Assembly: GCF_964204865.1 (NCBI RefSeq)
Contig: NC_135253.1
Coordinates: 6,324,001 to 6,388,000 of the forward strand
Length of the DNA stretch: 64,000 bases
Source: Styela clava
Taxonomy: Eukaryota
Reading direction: 5' to 3'
Made by a program: the position numbers and the translations under genes. Below, in pieces: positions 11,880 through 24,043 of the stretch. A model generated the notes under the pieces. The model worked only from the letters and a program-made list of their open reading frames with translations, did not search any database and was not told the DNA's origin. Position 1 is the first letter of the stretch. Each line of letters begins with the position of its first letter.

Positions 11880-12477
11880 ACAATAAACACGATATATATA
11901 GTAATTTAAACTGTAGCAATGATTAAATTGGATATTCGTTGACTTTATTGTACGATAATAAGGTTTAATACGCGCTTCTTGAGCAGTGGCACTTGAACAT
12001 GTATAGTAAATGGCCGGGAAAACCTAAACAGGTTGTGATGCTCATCATGCCCCGTGGCCAACGCTTTGCGAAATTTTTGTTTGGTGTCTCGGCATTCATT
12101 TTTGTGCCCGTAGACCCAATCTTGATTTTAGCCACAAATCAAGAAGATAGAAATGTCTGCTAGTTTTTTAAATTAGATTAGTTTGATCTATTGTTTTGCT
12201 ATATTGGAAAAGATAAAACAATCAACGTATATACATAGCTGCAATTTTGAGAATTTAGCCACATATACAGACGTCAACTCGAGGCAAAAACGGGGTTGTT
12301 GAATGTCTAATAATCGTGAAATAATGACGACGAGAAACTGTTAGAAAACAATTAAACCGAGGCTGTTTATCAAGTCAGAAATTAAAAGTATGACGTCTGA
12401 AATTTTAAAACAATGTTTCAACGAAGATCGCAAAATTTTAATGATGGGGGTTTTTGTGCACTTGACATTAATATATA

Positions 12478-12575
12478 GGCGCTCCCGAAGTATGGCGCAC
12501 AACCTGAACCCTAACCTAGTAATATACTGTGTTCAGGTTGTGCGCCATTTTGATGCACATTTTTTCTGGAGGTCC
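12478..12575. mobile_element. Short palindromic MITE with GG...CC termini (Merlin-like)
   Basis: GGCGCACAACCTGAAC...GTTCAGGTTGTGCGCC inverted core; flanks AATATATA/CATATATA; same family at 32040-32148. Confidence 0.65.
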
Positions 12576-12808
12576 CATATATAGGCAGTTTTCTCAAATT
12601 AAGTGTATAGTTTGCTCGTATTAATATATCTTTTTTTTATATTAGCAATATTCTTACCTTCATTGTTATCCACCGCTTTGAAGTTTTCAACACTCTTAGC
12701 ACATCGTTGATAGCAATGTAATTACGTACGAGCTAATTAGTAATGTATGTATGTTTATTTGCCTCAAAAATGTAACAGTATCTGCATAATATTTAAACGG
12801 TATAACAG

Positions 12809-13239
12809 TAGGGTGACCATATTTTTAAACCCTAAAAGGAGGACACATCGTTTGGTGGAACCATATTCCACCTGTGCCTGAGATATATACATTATGTATG
12901 TACTAAATTTTTATTAAAAATCGAAGTGACGATGGACGATGTGGCGGCAATGCAATAATGCATTCTTGTCTTGGCAACGAGCAACTGTAGCCACAAGTAA
13001 TGCACTCCGCTTCGCTATCAGATCTAAAGCATGGATACTTTTGCTTACGTACCTGGGATTTTTCTTTTCGGCATAATTAACTGGGTCTACTGACGTAATT
13101 TTCTGCTAAAATTGAAACTCTACTAAATTGCTAAATACAAAATGCAATGACGTAAAAGATAATTGCAGATCAACACGATTTTTACGAAACACGAAAAATG
13201 AGGACAAATCCTTCAAAAGGAGGACGTATGGTCACCCTA
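12809..13239. mobile_element. hAT MITE (TAGGGTGACCA termini, Blackjack-like)
   Basis: TIRs TAGGGTGACCATA / TATGGTCACCCTA, GAGGAC subterminal repeats, perfect 8-bp TSD TATAACAG. Confidence 0.9.
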
Positions 13240-13957
13240 TATAACAGAGACGGGATGCATGTTCAAGACCATACTGGCCTGAGACACGGATATGCAAAGC
13301 TTGTCCACGTTTTACATGGAGGAGAAAAAGATTTGTACTACTTTGAATTTTATTAAGAGATCTTACACAAATTTTACCTATAGATAAGCTTCAGTATATA
13401 TATAATATTATTATTCCAAGCCCATTTACCGTTATATGTAAAGGCCGCATCGAACCGAAAATTTGATAACTGAATTCTCTAGCTTTTTATATGAAGGTTT
13501 TATCTAAAGAGTCAATCAAAGTTATATTGTTTTCATATATTTAGTTACCATGCATAATGAATTATGCTTACCATGTGCAAAGCACCCCAATTTGCATGAT
13601 CAGCAGAAACACAAAAATCTTCGATGCCATTTTATCTTCTCGCGATTTTTTTCTTCTGATAAACATCGACAAAATTGCCTTGGTACGGTTGTAGCATGCT
13701 AGCCTTATATTCAAAAATTATTTCCGGTCTTATTTTTAAATATAAAATAGCAAATACAAACTTAAATATAACAGAATCATTGAATTGAACATTGCGATTT
13801 CATGAAAATCTAACGACTTCCACACGAATTGTTTCCATCCATTGTGTTTCTATGAATCTAGATTTGTAACAGAATAATTTATTTTTTAATAGTTATATGA
13901 TAATATTTATGAGCCTATTATCCATATAACTTAGTTTAACGTAAAGATTGTTTCCAT

Positions 13958-14127
13958 AAATTTCTCGTAGTTTTAGCAGATATATATTGGGAAAATGCGA
14001 TCATCCACAGAATTTAATGCATTCAATGCGTAATTGAAAATTAAATTTCTCGCAGTTTTAGCAGATATATATTGTGAAAATGCGATCATCCTCAGTATTT
14101 AATGCATTCAATGCAAAATTAAAAATT
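13958..14127. repeat. Tandem duplication of ~85 bp
   Basis: AAATTTCTCGYAGTTTTAGCAGATATATATTG...AATGCATTCAATGC occurs twice in tandem. Confidence 0.85.
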
Positions 14128-15790
14128 TAAGTTTGGTTGATAGAGTGTGAACAGATTTCCGCTATTTTGTAAATTAAATTCGGTATTAAACAATTCAATT
14201 AAGCATTAACTTATCTGTTCATTTTTATGTTTAAACTTTATGAATGAGATGTGAACTTAGGAATTGTGTACCCAAAATCAACGATAAGTATCAAAAAACA
14301 TTTTGTTTTTATGAAAATAGTACAATGAAAAAACATAATCCAAAGTTTCGAAGTATCAGAATATAAGGATAAGCGGAGTAGAAATAGGAGGGAATAATTT
14401 TTGTATGTATAATTATGTGCATACAGGTCTTTAAAGCTCATATATATATATATTATATGCTGTGGTAGTACATACCTAAGGGATTTTTGCCCAGCATAAT
14501 TCATTCCATTCTTTAATTTCTTTATTAAGCTTTCAAAGATCCAATCGAGGACTACAAACCGGTTAGACGTTATTTCTAACTTTGTCACATAAATGAAAAA
14601 TGTATTTTTGTAGGCGACTTATTGCCATTAATTGTTAAATTATTATTAGTGACTCATTTTTATCTAATATAGACTATTCATTAGAGCAAAAACTGAAATA
14701 ATATTTTACTGTAATGACTGCCGATCAGTTTATTTCATTACCTTACGTCGTTTTTCTGATGATCAGTTTGGACTTGCCATACGGAAATAAAATGAATTTT
14801 ATATTCAATTACCGAAAGAGTATAGGATAGCTAGTCAATCATTTTACAAAAAATGTTACGACTGGTACGTGTATATGTTTATAGATTAAGTCTATGTAAA
14901 ACAAAATTAGTAAGAGCATATGCATTGCGCAGGAGCCTACTGATGAAGCATTTCAATGATTACACTTTTGATATACTGGAAATCAGCTAATACAAAACAT
15001 CGTCACAACTAAAAATATTATAATATATATATATACGACAACATATATATGCCCTTCACATTATTATTCATATACTCTATATATTTTTGTTATTATCTTT
15101 TTTTGTAGCTTTTAAAGGATATGCGATATACCATAAAATGCAGGTAAAACTTATTGAATTATTTGACGAAACATTGAGTATTTAACTCGGGGCAACATAT
15201 TTTGTCGGTGGACCATATAACCAACTTCACAGATCTAGCTGAATTTATTTTTTTCATATATATATATATACACAACAAATTAATAAATTCTCCCAACGGA
15301 TAATTTTATTTATTTAACATCAAGTTTTTGCATATTTTATTAACATCCAATTTGAAGAAAATGTCGTATTGCCTTCTTCTCGTTAAATATATAATATATG
15401 TATATATATCATTGCTTTTATTCAAAGCGTCTCTTGTCTGAAGTGCTGAACGCTGGTAATTGACCGAATTCCGTGGTCTTGATTATTTGCGATTAATTTC
15501 TGCCACAAATACCGTATGCTCCCAGCTTTAGGTGGCCGATTAAACAAGAAATTATGCCTTTGAAAATTGATTGTAAAAGTATAAGTTTATTTTGACTCCG
15601 TGGATGTTTCCCCGACCCTTGACACCAGAGAAAATGTTGGGTCATTTTTGACTCATCGCTGATTTGGTATTGTTGCGGAAATAAACAAGAAAATCGGTGA
15701 GCGAGGAAAACCAAAGTGACTATTGAGGAAAACATCCATACATAGAATAAAATACTATAGGTTTAACATGGTAGCGGGTGGAGGGCTCTA

Positions 15791-16654
15791 GTGTTAAAGA
15801 ATTTTACAATGTGCATGTACATAATTAGTGTCTTGGATTGTTATAAAGCTAGAGAATGTGATTATAATGAGCATTACAATCATATTTGTATATCCTTTGT
15901 TGAATACAATATTGGACAACAACTTAGTACATTTTGGGGGATTAGAACTAAAAATACATGTTTACATAGATTTTGTCCTCAAAGTGAGTATAGATTAATA
16001 TTAGAATTTTTAAGAAAACATAACATAAGTAGTACAGATAAAAAAGAAGGTATGCATAAAACTATTTATAAAAAAATTGTTATTTCTATGACTGGGGATA
16101 GATTAATTTTTCTACGCAATTGTAATTTAAATATTGCATGTGAGAATGTTCATAATAATATTCTGGCAAACTATATGAAAACCTTTAATTCCAAGTTAAT
16201 GTGGGATATTTTACCAGTAAAAACAAAACCTGGAATAAGAAATATAGCAGGAAATGATATGTGTGTGTTATGTGGAAAAGAACCAGAATTTGTTAGCCAT
16301 CTATTTATGAGTTGTGAATATTTTGATTATGTTTCTGATTTTATGGAAAATACTGTTAGGAAATTAAATAATGCCAGACTTTTGAAAAATTATGAATCTT
16401 GTGTTTTATTGGATTTAAGCTATTTGTTACATTCCAACATTACAAGACGAGATTTAGATATCATTGTTTATTTAATTTCAATCACTAAAATATGGATACA
16501 AAGAAATTCTGTTATATTTGGAGGTAGTCCCCCTAATCAGCACCTAGTTATCAAACAAATAAAAACTGCAATCACTTACAGACTCAACATTGAAAAAAAT
16601 AGAAAATCACCAAATTTTGTCAGAGAATTTGAAATACTAAGGAATTGTATTTGA
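15791..16654 (+). mobile_element. 5'-truncated non-LTR retrotransposon ORF2 C-terminus (L1/Tx1-like zf-RVT region)
   Basis: WDILPVK...CVLCGKEPEFVSHLFMSC zinc knuckle followed by IWIQRNSVIF, typical of L1/Tx1 ORF2 ends; no RT core present. Confidence 0.8.
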
Positions 16655-16923
16655 ACTATAAATCAAGTGTGTATAAATTTAGTATGTATAAAAATGAACA
16701 TGTCTAATATATTTAATTTTTTACTTTAATTGTACATAATATAACTCAATATACTAAAAATTGATGAATTGATGAATTCAAATGATATTATGAATGCTTC
16801 TTAATTGTGTACGCTAATTATACAAGTTGAACTGGTAACACGATTGATTATTGTAGTACTTTGAATTGGCATTCAGGCACTGTTTCATCAAGTACCCTTG
16901 AAAGCAAAGGCCGTTAACAGGTT

Positions 16924-17373
16924 GGGTCTAGTATAGTTTAGTACCACAAGTACTTCTGGTGGGCGTAAAATAACGAATTTTGTATATGTTATTCCTAACC
17001 CCAACCCGACTATGCCATCCAAAAATTACGTCACTACGACGTCACAATCACGTCATAGAGCTTACCAAGTACAGCTACCATCGTCCGAAATGGCATCTGC
17101 GCCAACAATATCGAACTCACTAACGCCAGCGGTCTCCCTCATATTGGGATCGCTGCGACGAGAAAACGAGAGAAATAGCTTGCTTGGTTTCGGATTATCG
17201 TCTGCGTTTTGGACGACATCCGTATACTTTTGAGGTATTTATTACGCCACTGTGGCGTCGTAGTGACATATTTTTTCGGTGACGTAGTCAGGTGGGGGTT
17301 AGGAATGACATATGCAAAAATTGTTGAGCCAGGCCAACTAGAAGTGCATGTGGTACTAAACTATACCAGACCC
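16924..17373. mobile_element. Intact Merlin-like MITE (450 bp, long imperfect TIRs)
   Basis: GGGTCTAGTATAGTTTAGTACCACA...TGTGGTACTAAACTATACCAGACCC; 8-bp TSD AACAGGTT/AACAAGTT. Confidence 0.88.
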
Positions 17374-17870
17374 AACAAGTTATGCCTACTTATGCATTAC
17401 AGGCTTGCCATACTGCAGTAGGCTAACTGTAAACACGTTTTGGTTTGAATTACCACAGCTTTTTACAATTTGTATGTATTTTCTGGGTCGATCTCAAATA
17501 GCACCAAGTTATAGTAAGATACAGAAATATAAGAATGGCTTGTATGATTTCATAGTGCAGTAGTGTCTGAGTGTGGTGAACAGGTTATACTGTTATAGAA
17601 GTTTTCTATTTTGTTAGCATGTTTACCTTGTATTGGAGTGTCCCACAATAACCTATTGGTATTAGTGATAATTCAGAAGAAAGTTGCACTGAATAGCGCT
17701 AACTATAAGTTATTTACCGCTAAAGTTATGCATTAAATTGCCTTATAGTTAATATGGACGTAGCTTTCTAAACCTTGTACTTGTATAGTTGTATACTCAC
17801 CCATTTCTGCTTTTGTATTCTCAAAGGTTCTAGTCATTATATGCATATGAAATAGATTATTAGAGCAAAC

Positions 17871-20800
17871 ATGACGGAGACGATTAAAAACAAACTGGAA
17901 TTTCCTCACTATTTTGTCAGAATTCAAGCTATTGAACAATTGCAGACATCTGCAAGACATAAACTCAAAACTGGACAAAAACTGATTTCAGAATTGGATA
18001 TTCTATGGCAAAAGTCCTGTGAATCGAATGATTCCAATACAGCATGTGCATGTGCAAATGCGATTGTGACTCTGGCCAGAGAAGGATTGTTGGATGGAAA
18101 TAAAGTGGTTTCAACAGCAGTGAATTTTTCCTCTCACGCTCCTTGTATTAGTTGGCTGCTTCACATCATTGGTCAATTACTCAAGTTAGATGTTTTGAAA
18201 CAAGTTCAGTCTTGCAATGATGCTGTTTTATATCGCTGTCCATATAATTTTAGATCTCCACCCCATCCATTTATATCCATTCTTTCAAGCAGTCCGAATG
18301 CATGGCATTTAGTGGTCTTGCAAATTGAAAACATATTACAAATTGACATTGATAATTCTGATACAAATCTACTAAATGGAATGTTTGCAATATTAAAACC
18401 AATTATTTTGTACATTCTATTAAACCCATCAACTGCAAATGAAGTGGATTTATGCAGATTTAGACTGTTGACCTGTTTATTTGAAATCATCATGAATGAG
18501 GACAAAAGGGATCAGAAATTAGAATTCAAGAAAACTATATTTCACGTTCTGGAATATCATGACCCAACAACTAATACACTTACATTTTATGAAAAAGCTG
18601 CAGAACTGAATGAAAAAAATCTGATGCTTCTTTTGAAGATATTACATTTCTGTATCACCACATCAGATGCTTGTAATAAATTAATAGCTATGAGAATGCT
18701 GAGAAGAATGACAAAAGATTGTCACTTTAGTACTGTGGACTTTGAGCTGATATTGGTTGCTATTGCACGATTCTTAAAAACCCAGCCTGTCATAGTTTTA
18801 TTTGATGTTCTGTGTTGGATACAATCATTCGTGGAATTAATTGAAGATGTTTCCAGCATGATAGTAGACATGCTAAGACTCACATTGTTGCAGTTGCAGC
18901 TTTTGTGTAGCATGAATGTGATAGAACCAAAAACGAAGAATCTTCTTCTCAAGGTATTCACAAGCTTGGAGGAGAAACAATCCAATGTAGCAAATAAAGC
19001 ATTCAAATCTTCTTTAAGTGAATATTGTATTTTGGATAACTATGGAAATGAAGTATTGTCATTTGCAATTACACTTGAGAGAATTTCTTCAGATCCTCTA
19101 CTTTGGCTAAACTCAATTGAAAATTTACTCGCAAACAATTCCGTTGATAAAAGTGATATTTCAAACATTACTCATTTGTTATTAACCTTGCTGCTGAATA
19201 CAGCAAAATTGGATATTGGAGATGAGTATGTGTCAAATGTTTTCAGCCACACTTTAAACTGTCTGATGAAACTAGCCGATGCAAACCCTCAATGTTCATT
19301 TTCAATTTTGCCAGTTTACATATATTTAATCAAGCGTTCTGATATGATGATTGTCCACAGGGTTTTCTATGCACTACCTAGTTTGGCAAACCATCCTTAT
19401 TGTGTGTCACCCATTTTAAATATTTTAAAATCAATGTCATCTAGTCCATCTCTAAAACCATTGGCACTAAGGCTTTTGATTAATGTTTGGAAGAATCAGG
19501 ATCGTTGTTATCCACACATACAAACAATGATATCTGGTGATGTGAACAGCATTTGGAAGAAAGATGATAATTATGATTTGCATTTAGTGAAAGGTCTTGC
19601 CATTTGTACAATATGTAAAGACCGACCTCATCAATATGGAAGTGATATGCTGAAGATAATAAATCGTTTAATTATGACACCTGGTCAAGGTAAATGCCAT
19701 ATTGGAATGGTTTCACTTGCATTAGAAGCTCTTTACTTTTTATGTGAAAGCAAAGTCTTGAATTTAAAAACAATGTGGGATGAGGTCGGGCCTCATTTAC
19801 AAAAACAGACTGAAGCACTCATATGTGCAGGTGTTTTGAAACTTTTATCACTCGTTCCAAGCTTCATGACGGATTCTCAAGAGTATGAAACTTTCCTTGG
19901 AATTACTTTACCATGGGTTTGGAATAAACTTAACAGTACAGATGATATCTCAATTGTTGATGCAGCCTTGCAAAGTTTGTCTCACTTTGATTATTTGAAT
20001 TTTAAAGTTAAGCATTTCCCGTCATCTCTTAGGCCACAAAAAAGTGACGAAATTTCAGAGGAAGAATATCTGGAAAAGCCGGTTCCTGGTTCATGTTTTG
20101 GAAAACTTTTACTTACAGTCAACAGTAAAAACTTTGAATCATTTGAAAAATTATCTTCATCAATTCTAAAACAAGAACTGAGAAGTCTTCCGAGGGACAT
20201 ACATCACAGAGCAATGAAATCGCAGTTACAGGCATCACAACCCAAGCCATTGAAAGCTATTCCTGAGTTTATTGTGAATTTCTATGAGCGAAATAAACAA
20301 CCAGCAATGAAGGCAAGTTTAGCTTCTAGTTTGCTTTTATGTTACTCTACTTCACCAGAATTAGATAGCTCTGGTAATCCACTTCCAAAATCATTGGTCT
20401 CACAAGGAAGAAAAGTGATTGACATACTGAAAGCATTACTGAAAGAAGTGTTTATTGAGCCAAATAACTGGCAAAGTTTGTTATGGTGTGCACATGGTTG
20501 GAAGGTTTTTATGAAGAGATGTGTAAATATTGTGATAGTTGGCAGGCTTGCTGAGCTTAATATGCAAAAATTAAGAGATGATGGTGATTCCACTGAGGCG
20601 CAGGAGGAATTGGAACAAAAGATAAACACTGTTAATTTATGGTGCAGAGATAAAATTATGAATGTTTTGAAGGCTGCTTCTAAAGGAAACCCCAGCTCTC
20701 AGGGAAATGCTGTATTTGCATTAGCAGCTCTAATTATTGCAACAAACACCGGTGAGAATGATATGAATGAAGAGAATACTGCCGAGGCAAAAATTGACAC

Positions 20801-23234
20801 AGAATTCCTTAAAATGTCACATTGGACAACAATGGCCATTGATACATTAATGAGCATAGCAAATCCGGAACATATTCCAAGTGGAAGAATTATGTCTTGG
20901 TGTCAATATAGAGCTGTATCATCCACTGGTAAGCTTAGCACAACTCAATTAGGTAAAATATGTGCTATTCATGCCCTGCCATTCATCACATTGGTTACAA
21001 TGCAAAAACACAGTGGAAAAGTTCTTGAAATGCTTGCATTCTTGAGAAAGAACGATTTATCAGAAGAAGGCATAACTTTTCACAGCTTTCTTGCCTTGGG
21101 CCACATTCTGAGCGTTATCTATCATGAAAACCTGAATGATCAATTCACAAATGACGGTGTGTTACTTATCCAAAAGTGTTTAGAAATGCTTTATGAAAAT
21201 TTGAACAATATCCTGAAAGAAAATGATAAACAGCTACAGGATAATCTTGGATGCCTGCTTGGTTTTGGGTTAGCTTTTTCATCTAAACTCCAAAGCTCTG
21301 ATCCATCATTCAATGTCGCTGGTAAAGAAGTCATTTTCAAATTGAAAGAAAGTCTAAAAAATGAAGATCATTCACCTGAATGTGCACAAACACTGGCAAC
21401 TATTTTGACATGGACTCACCTCTCTGCATTTTCCAATGGTATATTTGCAAATGATGAAGTAAACAGTTTGGTGGATATTCTTCACACTGTTGTAGATGAA
21501 AATCCATCTAAATCTGGTCTTAGTGAATCACTAGGAACTTTGTGCAATGGAATTTTTCTTTTTGGTGAGGGTTCAATTAGTGAAACAATGAATTCACTTT
21601 TCAGCAAATGGTATGCAAATTTAAGTAAGGGTCAAATACCAACTCGGGAAAAGCTTGCATCTATTACTGGTATAAGTGCCTTGGTCGGGGCAAACTCCAC
21701 TCTATCCCCTGTTGCTGTGGATCCCTCCATGTTGGGATCCAGTCAGTACTTGTCTAAACTATCTGGTGTTGTGAAATCACTGCGTCTATTAGCAAGGAAT
21801 TCTGATGATCCGGGAGTTCCTACTAAAGCTACCATACTTTTGGGCCACTTATATATGTCACTAGAAAGCAACAGCAGCACTATTGGTTCCATTTTGCCAC
21901 CATCCTATGAATACTTACCACATACCAGCATTTTGAAATGTTTATACAATCTTTGTATAGAAGCAATAAAACCAGATAATGTGATGAAAGGTGATATACT
22001 CGATGTAATCATGAGAGTTATATCTCAAAATTCGTGGGATTTTAAGCTTCCTCCAGTGAATTGGACTTCGGTGCTTTCTCCTTTGCTTCTAGGTAGTTAC
22101 AGCGAAACAACAATAAACTCTGTTATATCAATCCTACTTTCACAGTGCAATCATTCATCAGCATGCTCTTCTCTTTTATCGATATGGATTTCTATGAAAA
22201 AATTTGAATCTATTCCTTCCTCTGCTCAAGTAATGATCTATCAAAATCTGGATAAAGTAATAAGATGTCAGGAAGATTTAAAAATAGCCGACTTTCTTGA
22301 GTTAATAGCAACTCGATGTATTGATATGCCTTGGAACTCCGACCAATTTCAAGTAATGCGTGTGGCCATCATAGATGGTTTAACTAAATCATTGAGACAA
22401 TCTAGTGCTTTGGCTTCTGGTATCAATGATATGTTGTATAACACGATTGAAGGATTGTTTATGAATTTACCTTTTATGTGTGACAATAAAAGACATATAG
22501 ACGTTTTACGAAAGTTGTCTGAATGCATAGAATGCCTGCCTGATGCCAATGCGTTGCTTTCAAATTACGAAGTTGAAAATGCTCTTTCCAGCAATCTTCT
22601 AAAGTGCTTATTTATCAGGTGTTGCTGTACACTTACTGGTACACATCCACTGAACATGTGTAATAATACAATTCTCAAGTGTGGCAAAGATGAAAGTATT
22701 CGTAATGAGTCTTTGTGGATCATTGGTCAATGTTTATGTGGTATTGGAAGAAAAGAACAAGTGCATAGCCAGATTGAATGGCTACAAGAACTGATGGGTG
22801 AGATTAAGAAAATAGTCGAATCTTCAGAGAAACTCGATCATGGGCTGTTAGATTATTGTATTAATATATTATCTATGGCAGTTGCTTTTTGGTCAACTGC
22901 TGGGAGTTCTTTGCCCATTATGGGACACTACAAGAATAGTTCCATGATTTTGAAAGTTCAGTCTACATGTCTAAATGACTGCAAACATATGTTTCCGCTC
23001 TCCCTATCAATGTTATACAAGTCCGAGAAATGGGAAAATTTAATAAAGCATATGACTGATTGGTTGATAATGATGTTGCAGAAGGTAAATGTCATTGGTT
23101 CAATGCAAAGTTGGGAACAACCATTTAGAGGTGCTCTGTATGCAGCTGTTAATACAAAAGGATACCAATTACCCTCCGTTTGGTGCAAAGTAGTAACTGC
23201 AATTGTCAAGCCGATGCTTAGACAAGATAATTGA
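17871..23234 (+). CDS. FOCAD: Focadhesin (FOCAD/KIAA1797; RST1-like), single-exon 1787-aa ARM-type protein
   Basis: Uninterrupted 5364-nt ORF; blocks PHPFISIL, YALPSLANHPYCV...LRLLINVWKNQDRCYPH, ICKDRPHQYGSDML, KGNPSSQGNAVFALAAL, LPPVNW; length matches the family. Confidence 0.9.
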   Translation: MTETIKNKLEFPHYFVRIQAIEQLQTSARHKLKTGQKLISELDILWQKSCESNDSNTACACANAIVTLAREGLLDGNKVVSTAVNFSSHAPCISWLLHIIGQLLKLDVLKQVQSCNDAVLYRCPYNFRSPPHPFISILSSSPNAWHLVVLQIENILQIDIDNSDTNLLNGMFAILKPIILYILLNPSTANEVDLCRFRLLTCLFEIIMNEDKRDQKLEFKKTIFHVLEYHDPTTNTLTFYEKAAELNEKNLMLLLKILHFCITTSDACNKLIAMRMLRRMTKDCHFSTVDFELILVAIARFLKTQPVIVLFDVLCWIQSFVELIEDVSSMIVDMLRLTLLQLQLLCSMNVIEPKTKNLLLKVFTSLEEKQSNVANKAFKSSLSEYCILDNYGNEVLSFAITLERISSDPLLWLNSIENLLANNSVDKSDISNITHLLLTLLLNTAKLDIGDEYVSNVFSHTLNCLMKLADANPQCSFSILPVYIYLIKRSDMMIVHRVFYALPSLANHPYCVSPILNILKSMSSSPSLKPLALRLLINVWKNQDRCYPHIQTMISGDVNSIWKKDDNYDLHLVKGLAICTICKDRPHQYGSDMLKIINRLIMTPGQGKCHIGMVSLALEALYFLCESKVLNLKTMWDEVGPHLQKQTEALICAGVLKLLSLVPSFMTDSQEYETFLGITLPWVWNKLNSTDDISIVDAALQSLSHFDYLNFKVKHFPSSLRPQKSDEISEEEYLEKPVPGSCFGKLLLTVNSKNFESFEKLSSSILKQELRSLPRDIHHRAMKSQLQASQPKPLKAIPEFIVNFYERNKQPAMKASLASSLLLCYSTSPELDSSGNPLPKSLVSQGRKVIDILKALLKEVFIEPNNWQSLLWCAHGWKVFMKRCVNIVIVGRLAELNMQKLRDDGDSTEAQEELEQKINTVNLWCRDKIMNVLKAASKGNPSSQGNAVFALAALIIATNTGENDMNEENTAEAKIDTEFLKMSHWTTMAIDTLMSIANPEHIPSGRIMSWCQYRAVSSTGKLSTTQLGKICAIHALPFITLVTMQKHSGKVLEMLAFLRKNDLSEEGITFHSFLALGHILSVIYHENLNDQFTNDGVLLIQKCLEMLYENLNNILKENDKQLQDNLGCLLGFGLAFSSKLQSSDPSFNVAGKEVIFKLKESLKNEDHSPECAQTLATILTWTHLSAFSNGIFANDEVNSLVDILHTVVDENPSKSGLSESLGTLCNGIFLFGEGSISETMNSLFSKWYANLSKGQIPTREKLASITGISALVGANSTLSPVAVDPSMLGSSQYLSKLSGVVKSLRLLARNSDDPGVPTKATILLGHLYMSLESNSSTIGSILPPSYEYLPHTSILKCLYNLCIEAIKPDNVMKGDILDVIMRVISQNSWDFKLPPVNWTSVLSPLLLGSYSETTINSVISILLSQCNHSSACSSLLSIWISMKKFESIPSSAQVMIYQNLDKVIRCQEDLKIADFLELIATRCIDMPWNSDQFQVMRVAIIDGLTKSLRQSSALASGINDMLYNTIEGLFMNLPFMCDNKRHIDVLRKLSECIECLPDANALLSNYEVENALSSNLLKCLFIRCCCTLTGTHPLNMCNNTILKCGKDESIRNESLWIIGQCLCGIGRKEQVHSQIEWLQELMGEIKKIVESSEKLDHGLLDYCINILSMAVAFWSTAGSSLPIMGHYKNSSMILKVQSTCLNDCKHMFPLSLSMLYKSEKWENLIKHMTDWLIMMLQKVNVIGSMQSWEQPFRGALYAAVNTKGYQLPSVWCKVVTAIVKPMLRQDN

Positions 23235-24043
23235 TGGTCTACAATCATGATTCAAATTTAATATCTTGAAGCAATTAGTTTATGTTGAGCATTCCTGCTA
23301 CTGATCTTGTCACTGTCAAACACCATTCCCTTTTTATAGTTGGTATGGTTTGTTAAAATAAAAGTCATATATATACGACTTATTTGTTCATATTTTGCCA
23401 ATATGGGTTCAGCTACTGTAAATGCCATTTCTCTTTCACTACACTGATGTATTTAGTCTGATTGTAAGGGCACTAAAGATTTTATGCTTAATCAGTTTAG
23501 TCTCTAATCAATAACCCCTGCTGTACTGAAAATGATGACCAGGGCAAAACTTTACATTGGTCGTTTTCATACTGACGGGTGAGAGATCACCATCACAAAA
23601 TTGTAACTAAAAGAACATAAAGGGCGAGGGACCGCAATCATGAGCTCAATACTAGGGTTGCTGTTTTGAGACCAGATTTGAAATCCAGGGGTCTGGCCTC
23701 AACTGACGTAGGTTCGATTGTTCTTAGTTAGTGCGTCACACATATTTTCTGGCCTATTCCTGCTTGTCTCATATAGCAGCATTTCTTTCTCAACCACCGC
23801 CATTCAACATCTATAAGTACACCTTCGTTCCTCTGTCTTCACAAGGTTCCAAGTCATTTGAGTGTCTGGTCAGCCCAAACTTGCAACCATTGAATAAGAG
23901 CTTGGCATGACCTGTCTATGTTTTCTCTATGATAACTACATTTTATCCACCAATTTGGGCAACAGGAAAATTCACATACATACAAAGTTGAACAAAAAAT
24001 ATATATTAACAAGTTCAGAAAAACATTAACACATATTGAAGTA

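Noticed and set aside
11352-11926. Three overlapping 174-185-aa repeat ORFs; superficially CRISPR-like periodicity
   Set aside because: Explained by the 81-bp tandem repeat; no unique spacers, no cas genes, eukaryotic context
14756-14790. CTGATGA...GAAA hammerhead-like core
   Set aside because: Stem II poorly paired and no plausible stems I and III
15493-15735. KLGAYGICG resembling a CR1/L2 reverse-transcriptase segment
   Set aside because: Too short; no flanking RT motifs recoverable in any frame I read
18206-23248. Several minus-strand ORFs inside FOCAD
   Set aside because: Antisense shadows of a long CDS, with no recognisable motifs
23500-23900. Telomerase RNA or SECIS (TAACCC and ATGA...AAA motifs)
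   Set aside because: No full CUAACCCU template or U/A-rich pseudoknot; no in-frame UGA in FOCAD and no proper SECIS GA quartet
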